NCBI GenBank assembly: GCA_030265395.1
Contig: JARFYF010000061.1
Coordinates: 22,382,369 to 22,446,368 of the forward strand
Length of the DNA stretch: 64,000 bases
From: Rhina ancylostomus
Taxonomy: Eukaryota
Direction: 5' to 3'
The notes beneath the pieces were generated by a model. The model was not told the origin of the DNA, did not search any database, and saw only the letters and a program-made list of their open reading frames with translations. Below, in pieces: positions 53,201-62,696 of this stretch (within the stretch, counting starts at the first letter, position 1; every line of letters starts with the position of its first letter). The position numbers and the translations under genes are program-made.

Positions 53201-56009
53201 GTTCCCAATTTTTGGAAAGACTTGCTAGAGAATCTGTGATATTGTGGCACAAGATCTGGTTGAAGTTTGCAAAGAAATATGATCTTAAAGTACCCAAATG
53301 TTTAGAGGCCATGCTGAAAACACTATGGAAAGAAATCAACAATCAATTCACACTAAAATCACAAACAAAAGAGGAAAAGAAAAGAGGAAGATTTCCGGTA
53401 AATAGGTACAATAATAATAACTTGGCAAGGAGGCATTCAGCTCACTCTTATTTTAGCTGAATGATATAGGAGAGAACAGATCTCCGGGATTACTGGATGT
53501 AGAAAGGTTAAGAGCATAATGATAATGGACTTCACCTTAGTGTTGTTACTTTGGCAGGTTTGTGTCATTATGGTAGACTACAGGGTAATGCTAAATTTCT
53601 GTCAATCACCTTCATATTGACAAGGAGAGTCAGAAGAAGTTCACGCATCTGTTGCTGGTTTTGAACTGGGATGACTGCTTCCAGAATCTTTATCCTTTAT
53701 TGTGATAAATCGCTTTTGTTGCTATCTGGGGCTTCCTCAGCTTCATGCTAGGATGCATCTTGTAATGTGTTCCAGCTGTTTCCATTCACAAAAGGCACGC
53801 AGGCCCTTGCAGTCATCACCTTCTGTAGATGCGAGACTTCTTGTGCAATCTATGTTCTTACTACATTATTCCTGAGGATTTGTTTCCTGGATACTCCCTG
53901 AATCTTTCTCAACCAACTCATCCCGTACCTTTTGTATCTCCGCATTTCATTTGTTCTAGCTCTTGGATCCTTACGTGTGGCTATTGCTGTTGAGCAATAA
54001 GTCTCTTTCCAAACACACCTAAAACTCTGCACTGAAACCCGGACAATTTAAGAATAACTTTTGTAATTGATTTTANNNNNNNNNNNNNNNNNNNNNNNNN
54101 NNNNNNNNNNNNNNNNNNNNNNNNNNNNNNNNNNNNNNNNNNNNNNNNNNNNNNNNNNNNNNNNNNNNNNNNNNNNNNNNNNNNNNNTGTTCTGGCCGTT
54201 GTGTGGGTCACAGTATTGTTGTCCAGCACCGCCAAGTTGCATGCCGCTATACAAATGGAACATCAGCTGCAAAGTCCGCTTGTGAGAAGACAGAGAGGTA
54301 TTATGAGAACACCACTGCAGTCTGTGACATCTTTCCTACTAATAATAATTGTGACAAAAGTGTTAATTACATTTATATGACATTGAATGATTGGAAATTA
54401 AAACCTCAATATTAAGGTTCTACATTTGTGGAACAGAAATTCCATGTAAAGTGAGCTTCAGTACGTCACTAACATCAGTTTCAAATTAGCAGAATTATTT
54501 TCCTTTAAGTTATACAATGGATATCAACATGTTAATGATATCCACTCTGGGGAAACAAAGGACTGCAGATGCTGGAATCTAGATGAAAAACACGATGATG
54601 CCGGACAAACTCAGCAGGCCAGGTAGCACCCGTGAGTCCTGAAGAAGGGTCCTGACCTAAAATGTTGACCACCTGCTTTTCTCCACGGATGCTGCCTGGC
54701 CTGCTGAGTTCCTCCAGCATCATCGTGTTTTACATCATATCCACTCTGGACTTTGGTATGTACTTAAGATAAGCACAAACAATTAGGATTTGCACTAAAT
54801 TACGTACTGTAAATAACTAGCTTTATGTTTCAGGGATAAGATAATAATTGATTACTTCAGATAATATTCATCAGCAAGGTCTAACACTTGCTTGATCTGT
54901 TGAAGTCACACTGTTCTTCAGTGGTCAGTTTCTGGGTCACTAATTTACCATGAATGAGTAAATAAATATACATTGTTTTCGTATGAATTTATAGGACTTT
55001 TGGTCAGAGTTTTCAGTCAGAAATTGGTCTATGTACTCGGGCTCCTTCATTTTATGGTAACCAAATCAGTCAAATTGTTTTCAGTACATGGAAGAAAATT
55101 TCCTTATTGGTGGGAGGTGCCCCAAGAATATTCCTGCTGAAGATTGTCCAGAAAATGTTGCTGATGCTTAACGGGTCCCATTCTACACCTCTGTTTATTT
55201 TCCTTTTGTAAACTTCACAAAGGACAAATCTATCAAGCCTACAAACTGCCCGTCCACTGCTGCTCCAAATAGTAATAACGTCTGTAATCCATAGGCCTGC
55301 TTCTGCAAGACGATGTAAATCAGATAGATGTAAGGTGCGGTGGAGGACAGGGCCGTGGAGACAGTGCGCAGCGTCGTGTGGAAGTGGTTTCCAGTCGCGA
55401 CGAGTAGCTTGTATCCATAACAAAAACAACAAAGCGGTGGCAGATCAGTATTGTGGATGGCAGAGGCGGCCAATCACATGGCAGCATTGCAATCTCACTT
55501 CTTGTGACAGTAAGTACTCGTCTACCTTGGGTCTAAAAAAATATTTTGTATGACGAGCTGAAACTTTGTCTTCAAACGTTGTGCAGGAAGAATACATTTG
55601 GGCAGGTACATGGATGGAAAAGGTTCAGAGGGACATGGGCCAAATGCAGGCAAATGGGACTAGCTTGGATAGAGATCTTGGTCGGCATAGACAAGTTGGG
55701 TGGAAGGGCTGGTTTCCATGCTGTATAATTCCACGGTTCTAAGAACTAGCTTTGACTAGAATGGTGCAGTTTGCTGGGATCTCATTGCAGTTTTCTTGTG
55801 TGGTAAAAATGTGGCAAGTGAAAAGTGAATGATATTTCCGTTCTTCACCCTGATGATGTGTCAGTTATTTAGATTTGGATGCGTTGCTTTCAGCTTCTGA
55901 TGGAGAATGCATGGACACAATGCGCTACTGTGCACTTGTGAAACGTCTGATGCTGTGTCACCTGAACACCTACAAACAGAGATGCTGTGATTCCTGCAGA
56001 ATGCTTTAA
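17085..56009 (+). CDS. adamtsl3: 3' part (last 10 coding exons) of an ADAMTS-like/punctin protein, most likely ADAMTSL3: Ig-like domains, 4 TSP1 repeats, PLAC. join(17085..17212,21600..21728,22461..22643,23660..23779,30382..30594,37189..37372,51598..51805,54188..54297,55295..55509,55894..56009)
   Basis: GT-AG exons join into one open frame of 1606 nt with matching phases (2-1-1-1-1-1-2-0-2-1-stop); only the 54188 acceptor is hidden in a gap. The translation resembles my recollection of human ADAMTSL3 (LY.EAP.I, VVG....A.LGA...I.CPV.GVP.P, CN..DCPARW, PI.W.HC, YKQRCC.SC). Family assignment is secure. ADAMTSL3 versus ADAMTSL1 or a fish-specific paralogue needs a phylogeny. Confidence 0.8.
17880..18495 (-). 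mobile_element. Decayed Harbinger-type Myb/SANT-like ORF
   Basis: QWEQLASEINGSSEFSRTWSQCCKNFNDLTSVVK fits the W..IA..VN....RT..QC.K.F.DL Myb/SANT-like motif. Confidence 0.6.
19730..21055 (-). mobile_element. Penelope-like retroelement, 3' part: RT (YIDD, PFLD), GIY-YIG endonuclease C-terminus, terminal repeat
   Basis: HYIDDCIGA; LPFLDLSVSFSGDRLAVDIFYKPTASHKYL..SSHP...IPLSQFL; HFNSPSH...KLEE; frameshifted and internally deleted. Confidence 0.88.
21600..21728 (+). CDS. adamtsl3: Exon: start of next Ig domain (EAPAIKFSRESIINLTTWHITAVVGSDLLARLGATIIINCPVE)
   Basis: Acceptor tgtcacag|AA, donor AAG|gtaaat, 129 nt, phase 1-1. This reading frame is not in the ORF track. Confidence 0.9.
22461..22643 (+). 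CDS. adamtsl3: Exon: Ig domain (GVPEPMVIWQKKDG...NGSLAL...QGMYTCTVSNEIG...)
   Basis: Acceptor tttcaacag|GT, donor CTG|gtaagt, 183 nt, phase 1-1, Ig I-set motifs. Confidence 0.93.
22925..23457. mobile_element. Two CR1 3' ends in opposite orientation across a gap
   Basis: 22925-23060 minus-strand tail; 23281-23457 plus-strand tail similar to 50-222. Confidence 0.7.
23660..23779 (+). CDS. adamtsl3: Exon: linker and start of last Ig domain (ESGPAPQTVAFHQTKGKKRVLMASKVGTLITVKQGDVLRM)
   Basis: Acceptor ctattttag|AG, donor TGG|gtgagt, 120 nt, phase 1-1. Confidence 0.85.
25310..26110 (+). mobile_element. Penelope-like 3' fragment interrupted by a V-SINE (about 25450-25745)
   Basis: Endonuclease C-terminus remnant (gattgagttcaaagaattcag), V-core gagtttgcatgttctccctgtg, then terminal repeat with CTGATGA at 25988. 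Confidence 0.65.
26210..27075 (+). mobile_element. Old CR1 LINE fragment with inserted PLE piece (about 26460-26560)
   Basis: tggcaaatggaatgtaat, gcaataggagtacaacaacgg, gaaatttcttcacccagagggtg. Confidence 0.7.
27290..27645 (+). mobile_element. L2-like LINE 3' end
   Basis: gctcctgt...ccttggaatttttactgcatttaatgtgctat...gttgttgtt tail. Confidence 0.5.
28765..29080 (+). mobile_element. V-SINE
   Basis: gcacagtggctcagctg...gagttcaatcctgacctc...tgtgtggaatttacatgttc. Confidence 0.75.
30382..30594 (+). CDS. adamtsl3: Exon: Ig domain (GCPTVARDKMTISWYFKNEP...GRVLEV...EGQYECQASN...VNVSFV)
   Basis: Acceptor ttgttttccag|GC, donor TAG|gtatgc, 213 nt, phase 1-1, C...W...GQYEC Ig signature. Confidence 0.92.
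31180..31480 (-). mobile_element. Second SINE-like family (other copies about 36460-36640 and 49440-49770)
   Basis: Shared ggacattagtgaaccagatgggttttt...ttccagattt block. Confidence 0.55.
31930..32930 (+). mobile_element. Highly decayed CR1 LINE RT/3' fragment
   Basis: aagtggtgttccacaa (SGVPQ), ttttggtctcatatctaaataaggatatacttgc, CR1 tail. Confidence 0.6.
34590..36435 (-). mobile_element. CR1 LINE ORF2 (RT) to 3' end with two nested insertions
   Basis: LFKK..RDKLGNYRLVNLISVAGKLLE...SQHGF...AVDFVHMDFSKA.DKV; ISKFVNYTKIGG; LVRPHLQYCLQFSSPHY. Confidence 0.92.
37189..37372 (+). CDS. adamtsl3: Exon: TSP1 repeat (WVPGDWAACSTTCGNVG...CNMQDCPAR)
   Basis: Acceptor gtgagcag|GT, donor CAG|gtaaga, 184 nt, phase 1-2, W....W..CS.TCG motif. 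Confidence 0.93.
39746..39911 (-). mobile_element. 5'-truncated V-SINE variant inserted in a CR1 fragment (about 39680-40190)
   Basis: Matches 62820-62992 in reverse; the CR1 sequence resumes after it. Confidence 0.7.
40690..41225 (-). mobile_element. CR1 LINE 3' fragment
   Basis: tcatagaatcataaaatcatacagc tail; catccttcctgtagtgcggtgaacagaa. Confidence 0.8.
41930..42345 (-). mobile_element. CR1 LINE 3' fragment
   Basis: ctatctacctctgccttaa...ggaagagagttccaaa...caagtcccctctcactcttct. Confidence 0.7.
45157..45553. mobile_element. Tigger/pogo-like non-autonomous DNA transposon with TA TSD
   Basis: TA|CAGGCAGTTCCCAGATTATGAC ... TTCGTAACCCAGGGAGGACCTG|TA; imperfect TIRs (13/22 by eye). Confidence 0.6.
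45780..45955 (+). mobile_element. Deu-domain SINE (SacSINE1-like) 3' tail remnant
   Basis: tctggtcatta...aaattagctgcc...acagcagtgactaca...ttcattggctgt; a Deu-core-like piece lies at 43385-43510. Confidence 0.5.
47383..47540 (+). mobile_element. Ancient LINE reverse transcriptase fragment
   Basis: DNYMPETLLPIMSKLLKRVKNKKLLHNL..SSLLSNCQ resembles the NYRPISLLP..SK.LE RT motif. Confidence 0.65.
48301..48338 (-). ncRNA. Minimal hammerhead-like motif within a PLE fragment (48255-48375)
   Basis: Minus strand AGTT-CTGATGC-AGGGTC-AT-GACCT-GAAA-TG-TC-GACT; stems I and II pair, A9 replaced by C. Confidence 0.5.
48720..49105 (+). mobile_element. Non-LTR retroelement 3' end with (GACTTT)n tail (duplicated across gap)
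   Basis: gatgctgctgcaagtaagtttttcattgcacctgtgca...gacaataaactcgactttgact; same family as the insertion at 35812-35909. Confidence 0.65.
49880..49990 (-). mobile_element. Deu-domain SINE head remnant
   Basis: cctcaacactgcgctggactgtcagcc...tgtgctcaagtct; related piece at 32935-33010. Confidence 0.5.
51598..51805 (+). CDS. adamtsl3: Exon: TSP1 repeat plus start of next (WVTTTASECSVSCGKGVRQLRVRCEQLTANGT...CLLQPCAVWESPAWGE)
   Basis: Acceptor tacctccag|G, donor GAG|gtatac, 208 nt, phase 2-0, CSVSCGKG motif. This reading frame is not in the ORF track. Confidence 0.92.
54188..54297 (+). CDS. adamtsl3: Exon: TSP1 repeat (CSGRCVGHSIVVQHRQVACRYTNGTSAAKSACEKTER)
   Basis: Starts exactly at the end of an N gap (acceptor not visible), donor GAG|gtatta, phase 0-2 fits both neighbours. 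Confidence 0.88.
54551..54736. mobile_element. Complete 186-bp Penelope-derived hairpin insertion with 13-bp TSD
   Basis: ATATCCACTCTGG at 54538-54550 and 54737-54749; inverted arms of about 53 bp; hammerhead-like core in the loop. Confidence 0.85.
55295..55509 (+). CDS. adamtsl3: Exon: last TSP1 repeat (PASARRCKSDRCKVRWRTGPWRQCAASCGSGFQSRRVAC...PITWQHCNLTSCD)
   Basis: Acceptor tccatag|G, donor ACA|gtaagt, 215 nt, phase 2-1. Confidence 0.94.
55590..55742 (+). mobile_element. CR1 3' tail in last intron
   Basis: caggtacatggatggaaaaggttcagagggacatgggccaaatgcaggc; matches 5400-5530. Confidence 0.75.
55894..56009 (+). CDS. adamtsl3: Terminal coding exon: PLAC domain (SDGECMDTMRYCALVKRLMLCHLNTYKQRCCDSCRML*)
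   Basis: Acceptor gctttcag|CT, six-Cys PLAC pattern, TAA at 56007-56009. Confidence 0.93.
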
Positions 56010-56544
56010 TTGATATACAAACACCACTGTGGATCATAAGACTGTGAATCGATTTATCGAAAACTCCATGTAGATGAACTGAATGCAGTAAAACCCAATG
56101 GAAGCTGAACCAGGATGATATTTTAATTGAATTGTAAATCTGCTTGTACAGAAATGCACAAAGGTTTCCTTGCTGTTCATTATGTTAGTCAAATATGTAG
56201 CAGCTGATTCTTAGGGAAAGAATTGCTCAACTGTTCTGCTTTACAATCGAATATAGACTTGTCATTGCCAATGTATTCTCCATCACAAAAGATGTGTGCT
56301 TAGGTTGTATCACAGAAGCTGGTATGTGAATTATTTACTGTCACCAAGAGAGAAAACATCTTTTAAATGTCCAGGTGGGCTTATATTTCACAGCTTTACA
56401 GTAAAGGCAAGGAAAAAGCTTACAACCTAAGTGAGTTATTGGCAAGGGAATTTATCCTTCTTCATTACTTTAAATCACAACCTTTCACATCTGATATTAC
56501 AGATTATGTTATTATTTGGGTCTGTGGACAAAAATGAACATGAG

Positions 56545-56550
56545 AATAAA
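56545..56550 (+). terminator. Candidate polyadenylation signal AATAAA (3' UTR about 550 nt)
   Basis: First canonical AATAAA I found after the stop codon; another lies at 57242. Confidence 0.45.
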
Positions 56551-56904
56551 GTATTCAGTAGTTCACATTTTTAACTTACAGATGGTTGTAGTGACACCAA
56601 CTTTCAGCTGAGAAAGACCTAGTTCCAATGCGAATCCCATTTTGAAGGAAATGGCCAGCTCGGCTTATGCTGCTTTCAAGTTTTAGCAGAGCGAAAGCAT
56701 TGAATTTACTCTATTGTTCTTAATTATAAGGAGATAAAAGGTCAGCTGCAGTTAAACTGGGAGTGGGGGAAATATTTAAAGTGCCTTCTCACTGATCACC
56801 CTTTACTTTGACTGCTCCATTGTAGTTTTAATACAAATCAGTTACATCAGAAAGTTGCCTCCATTTGGAATGCCAGAGCTGTCAGACAATGCTTCTTCTG
56901 GTTT

Positions 56905-57078
56905 CACAAGAACACAAGAAATAGGAGCAGGAGGAGGCATCTGGCCTGTCGACCCTGCTCCACCATCCAATAAGATCATGGCTGATCTGGCCGTGGACTC
57001 GGATCCACCTACCTGCCTTTTCCCCATAACCCTTAATTCCCCTACGATGCAAAAATCTAACTGTGTCTTAAATATATT
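56905..57078 (-). mobile_element. CR1 3' end
   Basis: acacaagaaataggagcaggaggaggc...aataagatcatggctgatct. Confidence 0.75.
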
Positions 57079-60000
57079 NNNNNNNNNNNNNNNNNNNNNN
57101 NNNNNNNNNNNNNNNNNNNNNNNNNNNNNNNNNNNNNNNNNNNGAAAATTGTCATTTTTAAGAAAAAATTATCACAAATTTAATAATTGTGGTGTGTAAT
57201 TCGTGGCAAGTACATTTTACATTGCACAAAATATAGAAGGAAATAAATGCAAAGCTATCCTGCCTCTGGAGAGTCTCAACCAATTTCAGATTTACTGATA
57301 ATAGTTAACCTTTCACTTTTAAGCTAAAATTGCTGCTGAGAGTTGATGCCTTGCCTTTACATTGATATGTAATGCATTTAATTCACCANNNNNNNNNNCA
57401 GAGGCAAGAAAGCAGCTCTTGAAGTTGTTATTGTCTGTACATCTGACATTTTCAGTGTAGAATTCTTGCAATGATTCTATATAGATAAAAAATGATATGA
57501 TTTCATTGACTGTAAACCCCAAATAATAACTATAAAAATCAAATGTTAACATATTATTTGAGGAAGCAATAGGTACTATATAGTGGATCAATTGAACACT
57601 GCCATTTCTTTTAGTGATATCATTCAGGGGTCACCTGGAAAGAGATCATAGATTTTCCTTCTAACGCTATAATTTTAAACATTGAACTTGCATTTGGAAT
57701 TGCTCACATGAAACTTTTTCCCTCAAAGTAACAGTAAAACTGGTTTCTTGTAACAACCTGATGAGCAATGAACACAAAAAGGCTCAGATTTCACTTATTT
57801 ATAATGTGTCAGCATAGTCTATAGTGTTTTCATTTCTTATGTTGCAGTTTCAGCTAATTTCATTCTTGAAAGGTTCCTCGTTCTCCTAAAGCCAAGGGAA
57901 CAATTCATTAAATACTGTGCTCTCAAGCACTGTTCCTGCACTGGTGAATCACTTATACCCAGGTGACTCTCTCTTTGATCTTTCTTCCTTGGTGGAGTTG
58001 CACTTTGCCTGGCACTTCTCCACACCCACTTCCCCCACCCACTGCAGCAGATTTCAGAGACTGCTATACAGGGAAGTTAGTGCAGATTAGCACTCATCCC
58101 GGTAGTTAGTATATGTTGCCAATACTCTGTATCTTAGCAGGTATCTGAGTAAAATCATATCTTTAATGAAATATTATAACGTTATATTTGTATTCCAAAC
58201 TACCNNNNNNNNNNNNNNNNNNNNNNNNNNNNNNNNNNNNNNNNNNNNNNNNNNNNNNNNNNNNNNNNNNNNNNNNNNNNNNNNNNNNNNNNNNNNNNNN
58301 NNNNATTATAACTTTATATTTGTATTCCAAACTACCCTTACCAGCCCGTGTGTTTCCTTAAAACATTGATTAATGCACAGCCCTACTGAGCTTTATTACA
58401 ATTCATTTTTGGCTACAATTAAGATGACCGAATATTTTCATAATCAGTTAAGTGAAATGTGAAATGCACGTTTTAAAATAAAATAGCAGCAAAAGAAAAA
58501 ATTCTGCATCCAGGTTTCTCTAAAGTAGCTCTGAATAGCTCTGTAAATGGTTCAAATGTACACAGCAGATATTAACACTAATGCTGCAATGCACATTATC
58601 AATAAGCAATATCATGCCTCTTGCAAGAAATTCATTACTTTAAATAATAAGAGTTCAAATCTCAATTTTGTTATCTTTTCTGTCCTTGAGATCTTTCTTG
58701 ATGTCAATAATAGACAAGGATTCAAAAATATACTGCTGCATTTTATATTTGTTCAATGAGTAGCATTAAAACAACAATTTTCATCCTCACCATTCCCCAC
58801 TAAAGGAATAAAGAGAAAAGATGAAAGAACTGCTTTACAGTGACTGTGGGATCAATTTAAGAAATAGTTTTGTTGCCAATTACCAAAATAAATAAACTCT
58901 TAATAAATTTAGAGGAAGTATGTGCAAAGAAATATAAACTAATCTAGCAAATGTATGGTCACATAAATAATTGTGCTGTGTATTATATTTCATTTGAACA
59001 ATATAAATGAGAAGACCAGTACAATAATTTTGCTGAAACTCAGTTGGTAAATAATTAAATGTGTGTTCAGCAATTAGGCTAATCTTTTATTTGAGGATAA
59101 CAGTATTATAGGCTGAGGAAAATACTTACCAATTGTTCACATTTGTGCATTTATGAGTCCTCCAATTATGTTTCTGTATACAGCTGTTTTAAGTTGGTCT
59201 TTTCCCAGAAAAGGATACTGGGTACTTGGGGGAATACCCTGTGATTTTACATTGTCCAAATCATTAATGGGTCTTGACCTTTTGAAAAAGGTTGTGCATA
59301 AATTAAACAAAAATAATTGTAACATATTACTTGTACATATTTATTTTCTGTTATGAAGTGCAATACTGAATACTGTACATTGTGTGTTATAAAGAATATT
59401 TTTGTTGGGACTTATTTTTTACTACCATAGCTTCTCTTCCAGACTGCTTTTCACTTCCTATTTAAAGTTAAAATGCTCAGAACTACATTAAGCACTTATA
59501 AAATGTGTCTTTTTTCCCAGACATAGAAATGCATGCTATTTGGTAATANNNNNNNNNNNNNNNNNNNNNNNNNNNNNNNNNNNNNNNNNNNNNNNNNNNN
59601 NNNNNNNNNNNNNNNNNNNNNNNNNNNNNNNNNNNNNNNNNNNNNNNNNNNNNNNNNNNNNNNNNNNNNNNNNNNNNNNNNNNNNNNNNNNNNNNNNNNN
59701 NNNNNNNNNNNNNNNNNNNNNNNNNNNNNNNNNNNNNNNNNNNNNNNNNNNNNNNNNNNNNNNNNNNNNNNNNNNNNAGCATCTGTTGGTCTCAGTTACT
59801 TACATAGGAATGCCCTCCCTTCCCTACTTGAGTCTCTGGCGTCACTGACTTAAAAGGTTATTCTTCTGCTTAAGTGTTTCCATGGCAACACTCCCCTTTT
59901 GCTTGTATTTCTCACCATGATAATTCCTCGAGTCTTTTGACCTGCTCATTTGAAGAACCTCCCAAAACCACCCCAACCTCTTCCTTTGTCCCACCACTAA

Positions 60001-61287
60001 TAGCTGTACCTTCAAACGTGTAGACTCCACTGTCTGGAGATCCCTTGCAAAATATATGCGCCTATTTCTAATGCACACTAATGCTTGATAGTTGCAGCAG
60101 AACGCCAGCAATTGTTTTAGTTGTGGATCGACCAGAATAATGTTACCATCCAAGACTTTGAACACTATAAATGGGTGTTACATTTTCTCAGTGACAAAAA
60201 TGTGGTACCAGGACTGAGGCTTGGGTGGGGTGGGGGGGGACAGGAAGGGTATCACAGACTTAATTGGGGCATGGGCCTGGGTCCAGTTGATGATTGCGTA
60301 TGTGGCCAAGAATGAGGTCAGTTGTTGGAGATCAGTTTAAGTGCCTGAAGTGAGTGGAGAAGAGAGACGGGTGAGGTGGTTAAGGCAGCATTTGTGTAAA
60401 AGGCCATCGTTAGGTGGAGGGAAGTTGGAGTTGAGGGTGGGGAATTTGTCTGTACCTGGACCATTCAGAAGGTTGGAGTGAGTGGAGGGTGGGACAGGCG
60501 GGGTGTAGGAGGAAGGGGAAGATTGACAGGTGGAGATGATGGTCCTGGGAATAAAAGTCAGTGAAAATTCAGGAGCAACAAAGGCAAGTTGACCCAGGAA
60601 TTACAAACCATGGTCTCTCCCAGGGCAAAGTGGACTCATTTCTTCTGCAATACTTTGAGAGGGCAGTTACAGGGAGATGCCTGGTTGAGTTACTGGAATG
60701 TCATAGAATGACCCAATAATGGCCCTAATCATTTTCCCTTGTATGGTGCCAACATAAGTAACACTATGCAATCCAACTTCTCAACCATTTTCTTTTAGCC
60801 CATGGCTCATTCCCCATTACCATTTCGTTCATTGTCCATGTTTTAACTGCACCTCTGTTCAACCTTGTCCACCATCACATGCACAGGCCTTGAAGTTCTC
60901 TCACCCAATGCCATATTTAGGCATCGCACAAGTGAATCCTACCCGAAATCCAACTGCACCTAAACTATTGCTGGAAAGTCAAGGATGTCGATCTTCTTCA
61001 AGGCAGATTCTCTTTCTTTCCATCTTCTCATTTCTTCTCACCTCCAAATCTCTCCCTGCTGATGTAATCTTGTCGTCATGGGTCGCTCCCGCGACTTCTC
61101 TTTGGCCTCACTGGGTATCAAACAGTCCCTCCCCTCTCAACTTCACCCCCAACCTTTATAGTTTTCCCCACTGCAACCACACTCCTCTCCTACCCCTTCC
61201 CCCCGCCTCAATCTACTTTCCAACTCGCTTCCTCTACTCTCTGATGGAAGATTGTGGGGAAAGGCTATTCTGTGCAATTGCCAGTGA

Positions 61288-61592
61288 ATCATACAACATG
61301 GAAACAGGCCTTTCAACCAACTGAGTTCATGCTGACCATTAAGCACCCACTTGCACTCCCCGCATTCCCTTCAACTCCCTCCAGATTCTACCACCCACTC
61401 ACACACTAGGGGCAATTTACAGCAACCAATTAACCTACCGACCCACACGTCTTTGGCATGTGGGTGGAAACTGGAAGACCCAGAGCAGTCACAGGAGAGC
61501 ATATAAACTCAGATAGCACCAGAGTTAAATATTGAACCTGGGTCATGGGAGATGTGAGGCAGCAGCTCTACTAGCTGAGCCACTGTGCCGCC
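61288..61592 (-). mobile_element. Near full-length V-SINE with CR1-like tail
   Basis: Reverse ggcggcacagtggctcagctagtagagctgctgcctcac head; homologous to 225-455. Confidence 0.8.
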
Positions 61593-62394
61593 CTACATTG
61601 TGTGTAAGGTGTGCTTTTCTGTGCTAAATGCCTTGGGCCTCATGAACAGCAGAATGTCAGAGCCTTCCCCAAAATGATGGGCTATCTCCTCACCAGACAC
61701 CTTTATATACAGGAACTTCCAGCCCACTACATACTATATGGTTTAGTTATTTGCTTTATACATGATACAATGCCCTGAAGAGTCTCACAGGTGTTTGGAC
61801 CCCTCCGAGCAAGTTTCGGTTGTGCCTAATGTTTGCAAAATGAATTCATAGCCTATTGCATTTAGAGCTGTGAATGCAGAAACATTGAACATTCATATAT
61901 TTTGGAAAACTTCTTTGGGCTTTCAAAACAACAATAAACTCACATTTGTATTGAGGATATATAATCATGGAAACGATATTTGTGCTTTGTATGTAATCCA
62001 GTTTGTTGTGTGTGTGTGTTTTTTTAAACTACAGTTTAATAAAAGTGATTTGTTAGCCACCAATATCTCGTGTNNNNNNNNNNNNNNNNNNNNNNNNNNN
62101 NNNNNNNNNNNNNNNNNNNNNNNNNNNNNNNNNNNNNNNNNNNNNNNNNNNNNNNNNNNNNNNNNNNNNNNNNGTTACATTCTATAAGAATCTCTTATGT
62201 ATAAATTGTTAATCCTCAAGAAAATATGTAATGGATCTGTCTGCCTGTGATGCATTGGTTATAAATATATTAACGCCTGGATCTGGATCTTGTGCTGGGA
62301 TGGGACAGCAGGAGAGGACAAGGGGTCTGATAGGCAGGGATGACATGAGGCCAATGGATTCAGTCATTCAGCCCCTGAGTAACACAAAACCAAA

Positions 62395-62680
62395 TGTGGA
62401 GTTTGCCAGTGACCTCATGGGTCTCCCCCTGGTGCTCCGGTTTCCTCCCACATCCCAAAGACCTGCGGGTTGGCAGATGAATTGTCCACTGTTAATTTCC
62501 CTTAGTGTGTAGGTGAGTGGAGGAACCTGGGGGGGTGGGGAGGTGGAGTTGATAAGAATGTAGAGAGAATAAAAGATGAGATTAATGTAGGATTAACGTA
62601 AGTGGGTGGTTAACGGTCGGCAGGGACTCGGTGGGTTGAAGGACCTGTTGCCATGCTGCCCCTCGCTATCCCTCTCTGTC
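62395..62680 (+). mobile_element. V-SINE 3' part with CR1-like tail
   Basis: gtgctccggtttcctcccacatcccaaagac...gtgggttgaaggacctgtt. Confidence 0.75.
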
Positions 62681-62696
62681 AATGGAACTCTGACAG

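Noticed and set aside
53600-53830. Possible antisense exon after ctacag
   Set aside because: Stop codons in all three frames.
58030-60165. Possible convergent minus-strand gene (acceptor at 60165, gtaagt donors at 59803 and about 59129, 107-aa ORF)
   Set aside because: No recognisable protein, stops before the strong donors, and phases do not join. A non-coding antisense transcript cannot be excluded without RNA-seq.
60190-60560. G-rich tract with G-quadruplex potential
   Set aside because: Such tracts are common in this window's decayed repeats; no evidence of function.
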